Shown here piece after piece: positions 1 to 7,832 of a stretch of DNA of 21,318 bases. Both the position numbers and the translations under genes were made by a program. Below the pieces are notes generated by a model. The model worked only from the letters and a program-made list of their open reading frames with translations, had not been told where the DNA came from and ran no database searches. This DNA comes from a virus. Lineage: Duplodnaviria > Heunggongvirae > Uroviricota > Caudoviricetes. How positions within the stretch are numbered: the first letter of the stretch is position 1; the number at the start of each line of letters is the position of its first letter. The DNA lies in IMG/VR virus record IMGVR_UViG_3300037067_004861; one strand, written 5' to 3'.

Positions 1-306
1 TTTAGTTATTTGATTCGTAGCAGTAACGGCTGTACTGCTGGTTTTAGATAACGAACCAAGGGCTGTAGAAGCCTTGTTTGTTGAGGACGCTGTATTCCCC
101 GTGGCAACAGCAAATGATTTTGCGTTTGCACTCAGAGTCGATAGATTCTGTTCAACACCAGTAGATGCCTTATTAAAAGCCCTTAATGCAGCAGCAGACT
201 TATGGACACCAGCCGTAAAAGAACTAAGATTGGCCGTTAGTTCTTTTAAGGTTGAGATAGCCCCACTGGCATCAAAACCTAATACAGTTTTAAGTTCATC
301 GGACAT
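1..306 (-). CDS. Tape measure protein, N-terminal part (truncated by window start; not in ORF track)
   Basis: ATG at 306, 1 nt after the TAG of 308..775, open to position 1: MSDELKTVLGFDASGAISTLKELTANLSSFTAGVHKSAAALRAFNKASTGVEQNL... Ala/Ser/Thr-rich, helical-looking, located after the tail chaperone. Confidence 0.8.
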   Translation of the reverse strand, partial: MSDELKTVLGFDASGAISTLKELTANLSSFTAGVHKSAAALRAFNKASTGVEQNLSTLSANAKSFAVATGNTASSTNKASTALGSLSKTSSTAVTATNQITK

Positions 307-307
307 C

Positions 308-775
308 CTAGAATCCCTTTATTTTAACAGCCTGAAAAACAGGTTGTGGTAGTTTCACTTTTTTAGACAATTCACTTGCAGCTATTAAACCGGCAGCGAA
401 AGACAACCAAGGTGCCGATTTACTTATACCAACATTTTTATACTCTTGTGTGACATAGTGTGGTACCTTTGTAGAGATCGTGATTTTATAATCAGTGGGT
501 CCATACTCAGGTACTGCAGAACCAAGGAGTTCACCCTCAGGAATACGACTAGGTACGCCACTTTTGGGTGTGATAAGTAACGATCCGTTAATAAGATCAA
601 CTAAAGAAAGTAACGAACCTCTTGCCATGCCCGACCACACGGGGACACGTCCTGTGACCCCGCGTAGCCAAGCTTTAGCAACTTCATGTAATTTAAGTGT
701 CAAATAGTCATCCAATTTCTTTTGATATGCTACCATATCAAGTTTGACACCTACCATTTTACCAGTGAATTTCAT
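308..775 (-). CDS. Putative HK97 gp10-like neck/tail completion protein
   Basis: 155 aa; RVPVWSGMARGS resembles the PVxTGxLRxS motif of gp10-like proteins; ATG overlaps the TGA of the frameshifted chaperone (ATGA). Confidence 0.55.
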   Translation of the reverse strand: MKFTGKMVGVKLDMVAYQKKLDDYLTLKLHEVAKAWLRGVTGRVPVWSGMARGSLLSLVDLINGSLLITPKSGVPSRIPEGELLGSAVPEYGPTDYKITISTKVPHYVTQEYKNVGISKSAPWLSFAAGLIAASELSKKVKLPQPVFQAVKIKGF

Positions 776-1430
776 CGAAACAAACCCTCAAAGCTCTCAG
801 AACTCTCTAATTCACGGACTTGATTATAGCCAACTATTGTACTTTGAGTTTCGATATTACAATCATCCCAACCGTCTTTTACTCCCGGTGGACGAATACC
901 TAGTCGCTCGCAGGCTCGCCAGATTGCATAGTCTGTAGTGCGTCCGGTAGGGAGTTTAATTCGCTTTGTTGCTTTTGAAGAGTAAGTAAAAAACGGGCAC
1001 GAGCCTCCTCAACTTTCTCCTCATTAAGGCAGTTCACATTAAGTACGCCATTAATGATTCGTTGGATTTCAGTTGTACTGAAACCAGAATCACGCAACTC
1101 CTTCTCATATAGGTGCCAAGTTGAGTGGTCTCCCAGGTCAACTTGCTCCCATTCTAACCCCTCAGTAGAGGCTAGGGATGTTAATATCATCCATGCAAGG
1201 CGTTGTTTAGCATACTTATCAATCTTCTTCAGGTAATTGTCATCCTTGAGATTAGGAATATCCTCGCCATTTATCTTACGGAGAGGAGGTTTTGGTACGG
1301 GGCATAGTTTCTCGAACTCACTGCCATCAATGATGGCTTGAGCAATAAATACAATATCCTCGCCATTACCCCGTGGGATAGCGATATATTCTTTATTCGG
1401 TTCAGATATCTTGCGACCGTTAATCTTCAT
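772..1430 (-). CDS. Tail assembly chaperone, -1 frameshifted long form (gpGT-like, 219 aa)
   Basis: In-frame T TTT TTA heptamer at 993-987. The -1 frame stays open for 72 codons (FTYSSKATKRIKLPTGRTTDYAIWRACERLGIRPPGVKDGWDDCNIETQSTIVGYNQVRELESSESFEGLFR) to TGA at 774-772, filling the gap at 776-899. Confidence 0.8.
900..1430 (-). CDS. Tail assembly chaperone (gpG-like, 176 aa)
   Basis: Directly after the major tail protein; acidic and helical-looking; AAAGG SD; carries the slippery site near its 3' end. Confidence 0.75.
   Translation of the reverse strand: MKINGRKISEPNKEYIAIPRGNGEDIVFIAQAIIDGSEFEKLCPVPKPPLRKINGEDIPNLKDDNYLKKIDKYAKQRLAWMILTSLASTEGLEWEQVDLGDHSTWHLYEKELRDSGFSTTEIQRIINGVLNVNCLNEEKVEEARARFLLTLQKQQSELNSLPDALQTMQSGEPASD
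987..1010 (-). promoter_or_regulatory. Programmed -1 frameshift signal: internal SD GAGGAGG, 10 nt spacer, TTTTTTA
   Basis: Minus strand reads GAG GAG GCT CGT GCC CGT TTT TTA; X XXY YYZ heptamer in the correct register. Confidence 0.75.
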
Positions 1431-1470
1431 AATATAACCTTTTCAGAATAGGAATAAGAATAAGAAACTG

Positions 1471-2544
1471 TTAGCCACGAGTGACGGTAGCCTCGACTAC
1501 GTTACACTTACCTTCACAAGAAACCGTACTGGCACTGAGATCGTGGGCAAGACTCTCCCAACGGAACTCAGGCAGTACAATGATTTCACTATTAGCACCG
1601 CCGCAAGCGGGATCATAATGAATTTCAAGATCAACGCAATATGGTTCACATGGATCGGTTGAAGTGGTTTCCCACAAAGCAGCCTCACCACGTTGCTTTA
1701 GTGCGTCCTCGATAGTGGGGATACCACTGGCTGTCACACCGGTAATCCATTCCCAGACGAACTCAAAACTAACAGCCATTGGTTCATCAACACCATCGCG
1801 GATAGTCCCACCGTTCACCGTACCAATACGACCACGGTTAGGAATATACTCCCGCGTCTTGGCTTCGGTATACGTTAGATTACCTTCACCAATTTTAATA
1901 TCAAGTCGGCGACCCGTAAACGTCACGGCTCCACCAGCCGCTACTGCGGCAGCCAAACCAGCAGTCAAGACGATAGCAGTTGTTGTACCATCAACCACAC
2001 CCGGTGTAGTCAGTGTGAGGGTGGGGGTAGTGCCGTTTAATGTACCTTTATCAAAAGTAAATACAGTAGCGGATATTGGTGTTGCCGCTAGATCATCCTG
2101 GAAAGTGATAGTAATATCACCAGGAATAGCAACTAGGATGTCGCCATTACCAATACCGTCTAACGCTTCCAATTCCAATTGAATTAGGCTAGCCGCGGCA
2201 TCATAAGAAATACTATTCGTGGTCTGACCAGCATAGGTAAGTGTGTACGAGCCAGATGCCGAACTATCTAGATCAAGAGTGAAAACAGCGTTGGCTCCAC
2301 CTGTAGTTGTCCGTGACTCAACCACGTATTCCGTGTCCGTTGAGTCGTTGGCAAAATGAACGGTAGCACCAACAGGTACGTTCTCACTGCACGCGGTTAG
2401 GGCAACCGAGGTTTCACCAAGGGGCTCTAGAGCTGTGTTAGTAACACCCGTGGCCGTCCAACCATCCCGGATATACAGATCGGCTAATTTAAGATCAATA
2501 GGGGCAAAACAAACAAATTCCTTAACACCTTTTAGAAATTCCAT
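1471..2544 (-). CDS. Major tail (tube) protein with inserted surface domains, 357 aa
   Basis: Likely start is ATG 2544 (GGAGA SD), not 2595. Beta-rich core LDIKIGEGNLTYTE...EPMAVSFEFVWE...YCVDLEIHY...SCEGKCNV; position between tail terminator and chaperone. Confidence 0.75.
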   Translation of the reverse strand: MEFLKGVKEFVCFAPIDLKLADLYIRDGWTATGVTNTALEPLGETSVALTACSENVPVGATVHFANDSTDTEYVVESRTTTGGANAVFTLDLDSSASGSYTLTYAGQTTNSISYDAAASLIQLELEALDGIGNGDILVAIPGDITITFQDDLAATPISATVFTFDKGTLNGTTPTLTLTTPGVVDGTTTAIVLTAGLAAAVAAGGAVTFTGRRLDIKIGEGNLTYTEAKTREYIPNRGRIGTVNGGTIRDGVDEPMAVSFEFVWEWITGVTASGIPTIEDALKQRGEAALWETTSTDPCEPYCVDLEIHYDPACGGANSEIIVLPEFRWESLAHDLSASTVSCEGKCNVVEATVTRG

Positions 2545-2560
2545 GGCTTCTCCATTTAAT

Positions 2561-3010
2561 TTACTCTGACAAGAACATACGAAAAGACGCCTCAACTAAC
2601 CCCTGTATTAGCGTCGAACCACCAACTAAACCTAGATTATGACATCTTATATCTTTATTGAGCGTCAATGTACCTATAATTGTTTCATCATCTCCAGCAC
2701 CATCGCCATACTTCTTAACACAAATATTCTGCATCGCCTCAAGGATTATTCCTTTAATATCCTCGCCACGTTGCAATTCTGATTGAGTAATATGTTTTAC
2801 CCAAATGAGACTAACACTTGCTTCCAAAATATATTCGTGTCTCTGCAGTTGACGTTGGTGTGGCCCCTCTATTCTTAATTCCACCCATTCAGTATTTTGG
2901 GTTACTCGATTCATCCCCTCAGAATAAAAGGCAATACTATTTGCAATCATAGCATCACTAAAGTGCTTAGCTATGGAAGCATAGGTCCATCTAGCCCAAT
3001 TCTTATTCAT
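2561..3010 (-). CDS. Putative tail terminator / tail completion protein
   Basis: 149 aa immediately upstream of the major tail protein; alpha/beta pattern (WARWTYASIAKHF...WVELRIEGP). Assignment mainly by synteny. Confidence 0.55.
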   Translation of the reverse strand: MNKNWARWTYASIAKHFSDAMIANSIAFYSEGMNRVTQNTEWVELRIEGPHQRQLQRHEYILEASVSLIWVKHITQSELQRGEDIKGIILEAMQNICVKKYGDGAGDDETIIGTLTLNKDIRCHNLGLVGGSTLIQGLVEASFRMFLSE

Positions 3011-3018
3011 ATTGTAAC

Positions 3019-3495
3019 CTATTCTGTTACTGTTGGATTGATTGTAATATCAGTATCAACAGTAGCCTCTGTTATAGTATGGATAGGAGCCCCAGGGACA
3101 TGCTCTCCAATAATAATAAAAGCGGTTTTGTAGTCATACTCAATAATTTTAGTGATATTCCAACGGGCACCTTCGTAAACGAAGTAACCCGTTGTGGTGA
3201 TAATAAAATCACCAAGGTCACGCTGATCTACTAACAGTGTTTTGATATTATTGTCATAGACCGCCCCAAATTGGTATTGGGTACTTATGGCCTTATTATT
3301 AAATTTCCTCGCTACCTCTTCTGGAAGAACCACGGCTAGTGGCACTATTATGGACTCTATTCTTGACGCTTGGTGTCCTGTTTCATAATCTACTGTGGAA
3401 GTTAGAACTTCATAAAAAGTGATTGGATATCCATAATCACGTTTGAAGACATAGATTACATTAGAAATGAAACGACTTGTTTTGCGATCAATCAT
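3019..3495 (-). CDS. Putative head closure / head-tail joining protein
   Basis: 158 aa, beta-rich (YFVYEGARWNITKI); TAATG-coupled to the upstream gene; neck-cluster position. Confidence 0.5.
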   Translation of the reverse strand: MIDRKTSRFISNVIYVFKRDYGYPITFYEVLTSTVDYETGHQASRIESIIVPLAVVLPEEVARKFNNKAISTQYQFGAVYDNNIKTLLVDQRDLGDFIITTTGYFVYEGARWNITKIIEYDYKTAFIIIGEHVPGAPIHTITEATVDTDITINPTVTE

Positions 3496-3755
3496 TAGAG
3501 TACCCTTAAAATGACCCCTGTTATAAGGGTGCAGATAACAGTTATCAAACCACCACCCATCATAATTGAAACAGTTTTCAAAATACTGTAGGATCGTTCC
3601 AGCCTATCTATCCTGATTAAGAATCCTGGTTTCTCTTTAGTGTTGGTGGGATCACCTACCAATGCTTCAAACATAATATCAATTTTATCTTTGATACTCA
3701 AGAATTCTTTTGTTAATTGGTCCAAACCTGGACAATCTTGCGGCTTACATTCCAT
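3495..3755 (-). CDS. Small membrane-anchored protein (helical region plus one C-terminal TM helix)
   Basis: ATG 3755 with GGGGA SD 6 nt upstream; 86 aa; C-terminal hydrophobic stretch VSIMMGGGLITVICTLITGVIL. Function unknown. Confidence 0.6.
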   Translation of the reverse strand: MECKPQDCPGLDQLTKEFLSIKDKIDIMFEALVGDPTNTKEKPGFLIRIDRLERSYSILKTVSIMMGGGLITVICTLITGVILRVL

Positions 3756-3767
3756 ATTCAATCCCCA

Positions 3768-3797
3768 AGGGATGGGTGGTATAGGCCACCCATCCCT
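3768..3797. terminator. Perfect 12-bp hairpin downstream of the major capsid gene
   Basis: AGGGATGGGTGG-TATAGG-CCACCCATCCCT. No U-tract on the coding strand, so it may be an mRNA stabiliser or weak terminator. Confidence 0.5.
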
Positions 3798-3815
3798 GTT
3801 TCCATTGGAAGACGA

Positions 3816-5270
3816 CTAACCGATTAGAACGACGCCCTGGTCCTCATCGAGAACCTTAACGCCACAGAGCATGTCCAACGTGATTAAGTGACCCTGCTTC
3901 TCACCATCGTAAGTGATAGTGACACGCATTGAAAGGTCATTATAATTCGAAACACCAGCGATAGCGCCAGCACCTGCCCGAGGTAGAGCTAGTGGCCGAA
4001 CAACTAGAGCAAGGGCTTCTCGGAGGAAAGCAAAGTTATACTCACCACCAGGACCCAGACCCACGGTATAGTTATTGGCAATAGCCGCCTCAAGAGGACG
4101 ATCTAGGGTAATAGCATAGGCCGTTGTCATATCCACAACGTCAATAATGCAGTACTCATCCGTTAGTGGTGTGGCAGCATTATTGAATGAGCAAAGCTGA
4201 CCAATCGTGGGTACACCAGTTCCATCAACCCAAATCTCTTTGGTATAACCAGCCGGATAGGCGGAAGGACCACCGGCAGCAGTATGCTCAGCGAGAGCCA
4301 CTGAGGCCATCGGAACGAGATAAACATCACTATTATTAGCTAGAGCTACACGAAGAGGACGGTTAAGAGTCAATGTATCAGTGTTGATAGCAGTAATACG
4401 GTAAGGCATACGATCTTGTGATGTAGTGCCATCAACAAAATAGATATACTGGCCAACTACATAACCAGCACCCGCTGCACCATCACTTACAACTGTGGTG
4501 GCACCAGCAGCAGCCGCAGCAATATCATCGGTATCCACTATGCCAGTGTCGGTGACACTTGGGACATTTTGACACTTGAAGCACTGGAATCCTAACTTCT
4601 CTCCGAGAGAAGCCTTACGGAGAGCAGTACCATTATCACCCACTTGCTCGGCACTGATGAATAGGTCTAACCGTAAAGCATCGGTCTCACTGCTTGGTGA
4701 TAGAATAAGAACACGTCCACCCTCATCAGGGCAGTTATTCTCATCCATCGCCTTACGTGCATCTAGAATCAAGTTCTTAGCATTATGTGCATCACCCGTG
4801 GTAGCATTCATCTGACCAAGATCACCAACACAGTTATTTAGGTATTGGTAAACCTGACCAAGAAGAATTTTGTCAACATGCCGAGCCATCGAAACCGCAG
4901 CCGGCTTTAGATATCCCTTGATAAGATCAGCTAAGGAACGAGATTCCTCACCATCACGAATCATAAATGAAGTATGAACGTGTTGATTCAATACAACTGG
5001 CACCTTCGTGGCTGTTGCATTCTGAACCGTCACATCGTCATTCACACCCTTACGCTTGGCAGTAAAAATACCAGGCTTTCGAGTATTAACCGTATCACCA
5101 AAAGAAGCAATCTCAGAACTGAAATCTGTATAGACTAGCCGCCCAATAACCATGTTCTCTTCGAGAAGCATTAGAGTATGGGCAGCCCAAACCTCTGGAA
5201 CCCAAGCACGATCGTCAGTATCAAAATCATTATCAAAAGCAACGAAACGCAGATAATTTAAATTTTCCAC
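3816..5270 (-). CDS. Major capsid protein, P22 coat-like HK97 fold, with duplicated insertion domain
   Basis: GTG 5270 lies 7 nt after AGGAG (track start 5276). Motifs VPEVWAA...FGDTVNTRKP...VPVVLNQH...LKPAAVSMARHVDKILL and C-terminal MRVTITYD...ITLDMLCGVKVL; follows the scaffold gene. Confidence 0.85.
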   Translation of the reverse strand: MENLNYLRFVAFDNDFDTDDRAWVPEVWAAHTLMLLEENMVIGRLVYTDFSSEIASFGDTVNTRKPGIFTAKRKGVNDDVTVQNATATKVPVVLNQHVHTSFMIRDGEESRSLADLIKGYLKPAAVSMARHVDKILLGQVYQYLNNCVGDLGQMNATTGDAHNAKNLILDARKAMDENNCPDEGGRVLILSPSSETDALRLDLFISAEQVGDNGTALRKASLGEKLGFQCFKCQNVPSVTDTGIVDTDDIAAAAAGATTVVSDGAAGAGYVVGQYIYFVDGTTSQDRMPYRITAINTDTLTLNRPLRVALANNSDVYLVPMASVALAEHTAAGGPSAYPAGYTKEIWVDGTGVPTIGQLCSFNNAATPLTDEYCIIDVVDMTTAYAITLDRPLEAAIANNYTVGLGPGGEYNFAFLREALALVVRPLALPRAGAGAIAGVSNYNDLSMRVTITYDGEKQGHLITLDMLCGVKVLDEDQGVVLIG

Positions 5271-5334
5271 AACCACTCTCCTGATTTTCTTTTAGGAAAT
5301 AATACAAGCACTCCCGGAAATTGACACCCGTATT

Positions 5335-6150
5335 TTAGCCCAGAAGTTCCGGTCTCTCTTTGACTAACTGACGGTAGCGTTTTGGATCAGTCTTAGCAAT
5401 CTCAATCAAATTAATCTTACCAGTCTTCGTTGAGCCCGAATTACCCATACCACCAACTTTACTATTCTTGAACAAATTAGCATATTTATCTAAATCCTTC
5501 ATACGCTTAACGGCATCTTCGACCGTTAGGTCTAGTTCAATTGGCTTACCTTCCTTATTTACGTCGGGTAGTTTTACCCGTGGTACCGACATGCCACTCG
5601 GCTTACCATCGTCTCCCAGTACGTCTACCATCTTCAACTGCTTAGTGCGTAAGACGGCTAGAATCTGGTCTGGGTCCACAGCCCCATGCTGTACGGACGC
5701 CCGCGTGATGGCCGACTCAATAACAAGGTTATCGTGTCGATTACGCCACTGTTCCTTTTCGGACTCTAGTTGAGAGATTATTGTAGCGTGCTCTTTGGCC
5801 GTCTTATCAGCCGCTTGCTTAGCTAACTCCTCAGCGGACATAGTTTGCTGACGTAGTTCATCAATCTGCTTCTCAAGCGCCTCTTTCTCATCGGCCGTTA
5901 ATTTAGCTACCTTTTGGTATTCCTCAAGTTGCCCTACTATACGCTTCTGAGCCTCTTGATTCTTACGCCGATCACGAGCCATTAACTCATTAACTTGATC
6001 TTGCGTGAAGGTTTTTGTTTCCTCAGTCTTTGTCTCAGTTTTTGACTCCGGATTGGTATTCGGGTCTTTACCTTCCTCACCTTCAAAGCACATAATTGAT
6101 TTTAAAATCAGCGAATCGAAATTAGAATTAAGCATTGTCTTTTTCTCCAT
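5335..6150 (-). CDS. Capsid scaffolding protein
   Basis: 271 aa, highly charged coiled-coil (TFTQDQVNELMARDRRK), basic Gly-rich C-terminus, directly upstream of the capsid gene. ATG 6135 (GGAG SD, 9 nt) is an alternative start. Confidence 0.75.
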   Translation of the reverse strand: MEKKTMLNSNFDSLILKSIMCFEGEEGKDPNTNPESKTETKTEETKTFTQDQVNELMARDRRKNQEAQKRIVGQLEEYQKVAKLTADEKEALEKQIDELRQQTMSAEELAKQAADKTAKEHATIISQLESEKEQWRNRHDNLVIESAITRASVQHGAVDPDQILAVLRTKQLKMVDVLGDDGKPSGMSVPRVKLPDVNKEGKPIELDLTVEDAVKRMKDLDKYANLFKNSKVGGMGNSGSTKTGKINLIEIAKTDPKRYRQLVKERPELLG

Positions 6151-6204
6151 ACCCTCTATTGGGTTTAAAACGGGATAGAGTACCCTTCGATAGAAAATAG
6201 AAAA

Positions 6205-6669
6205 TTACGATACCCTATGGATAAAAATGTTACGATTATTATCCAAATAGCGTAACAAGTATTGCCAGGCTATCCTACTAGGAATGCCTGCAATTAAGTA
6301 ATCAGGCAAATTATCTTTATCATACGTTGTTTTAACAACACCAAAAGCATGGGATGTTACTCTCAAATTCTCCAGTTCAGTCTCAGGATTAATACCATCT
6401 AACAAAGAAAATGCAATCTCATAACATGCCAGTTCAATGTCTAAAGGAATGATTTCGGTGTTATCTGCTTCATCTCCATAGTAACGAGGGAATTCTAAGT
6501 CCTGAGTATCCATCACCCTATAACCAGCGAAACGAAGTCTATCTATTCGTTGTGTTGCCTCATTTAATGCCTTGGTTTTATTGGCGTCGGTTTCATTAGT
6601 CCATGAGTCCACATAGAGTCGTGTTAAAAAGTATGTATCAGCCGCTGCTAAGGTTCCATAAATTGCCAT
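6205..6669 (-). CDS. Head-tail adaptor (DnaT-like / gp15-type connector)
   Basis: Motifs YGTLAAADTYF...KTKALNEATQRIDRL...QDLEFPR...IELACYEIA resemble this connector family; TAATG-coupled to the glycosyltransferase. Confidence 0.65.
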   Translation of the reverse strand: MAIYGTLAAADTYFLTRLYVDSWTNETDANKTKALNEATQRIDRLRFAGYRVMDTQDLEFPRYYGDEADNTEIIPLDIELACYEIAFSLLDGINPETELENLRVTSHAFGVVKTTYDKDNLPDYLIAGIPSRIAWQYLLRYLDNNRNIFIHRVS

Positions 6670-7823
6670 TATCTATATCCTTTTAACCAGAACTCATCAA
6701 TCTCTTGGTGAAGTGCATACCAACCATTATTCCATAAATCCAATAGTTGTTGAAAATATGTTTGGTATCTCCAACGAACCTTATCCATGGAATACATATT
6801 TACTGCCCGCTTGTGGATATAATAGGGATTCAAGTTCGATACATTATTAGCTGCGGTCACGAACTCATTAAGGGTGTGGCATCGAAACCCCGTCCGTCCA
6901 TGTTCTACCGTTTCGGGGAAGGCCCCGAAATCCGTAGTGATAGCCGGTGTTCCAGCCATTTGAGCCTCAATAGCCACAGCCCCAAATGGTTCGATGTAAA
7001 TCGTAGGAACGAAAGCGGCCTTGGTTTTAGAGAAAAGATCAGCCCGCTTCTTTCCCGTGGCGAACCCAACAAACTCCATATTGTCATATTGATAGTATTG
7101 TCCATCCTCACAAAGCAGAGAATGTTTTTGAGGATTATACTCCTTGCATCCCTGCCCAGCGATTATCAGTTTGGCACCAATTCGTTTACAAGTCTCAATA
7201 GCAATATGGATTCCCTTCCTTTGAATTAAACGTCCTAGGTACAAAAAGTAATTATCTTTTTTGCTTTGAAAAGGATAGTCAGTTGGTTGTAAGTAATTAG
7301 GTATTACCGAGTCATAGAATTTACCATCAGGGTCATAACTACCTTGTGCTCCCCAAATCTTGTGCATATGTGCATAAGATTCAAAGACTCTGTAATTGGA
7401 GAACGTGCCATTGTAACCAATGCCATATTCCACGGTTAGAGTTTTATTTGGAGTCAATTTATCGTGGAGAGACTTATTTAGAGTCCCCATAATAATACAG
7501 ACGAAATCCTGTTTTTGACTTCGTTTGTTTATTTCTACCGCGGCACGATCATTTAGTAATTTCCAATACTCGGCTTTACCACTCCAATCAACATTATATA
7601 GTTGTTCGGGATTGTAAGGACCAAAGAACCTCTTCTGTTCCTCCTTGGACATGATAATAATATCATCGCATTCTACCTCACTACCCTCAACACCATAGTG
7701 TATACATTCATGGCCTAATGAAGTCATCATTTGAATGAAATGATAAATCTTCATTGTGAACGCACAAGCACTATGGTGTAAATTCGTTTGAGTATGTGGG
7801 AGGCCAACAATATGGAATCTCAT
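6669..7823 (-). CDS. Glycosyltransferase, GT-B fold, family 4
   Basis: 384 aa; YFLYLGRLIQRKG, LIIAGQG and the retaining GT4 EX7E motif EPFGAVAIEAQMAGTPAITTDFGAFPETVEHGRTGF. Confidence 0.9.
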   Translation of the reverse strand: MRFHIVGLPHTQTNLHHSACAFTMKIYHFIQMMTSLGHECIHYGVEGSEVECDDIIIMSKEEQKRFFGPYNPEQLYNVDWSGKAEYWKLLNDRAAVEINKRSQKQDFVCIIMGTLNKSLHDKLTPNKTLTVEYGIGYNGTFSNYRVFESYAHMHKIWGAQGSYDPDGKFYDSVIPNYLQPTDYPFQSKKDNYFLYLGRLIQRKGIHIAIETCKRIGAKLIIAGQGCKEYNPQKHSLLCEDGQYYQYDNMEFVGFATGKKRADLFSKTKAAFVPTIYIEPFGAVAIEAQMAGTPAITTDFGAFPETVEHGRTGFRCHTLNEFVTAANNVSNLNPYYIHKRAVNMYSMDKVRWRYQTYFQQLLDLWNNGWYALHQEIDEFWLKGYR

Positions 7824-7832
7824 AGTAACATC

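Noticed and set aside
74-7229. Plus-strand ORFs such as 74..352, 1664..2182, 5468..5773 and 6747..7229
   Set aside because: They lie fully antisense to well-supported structural genes and show no recognisable motifs.
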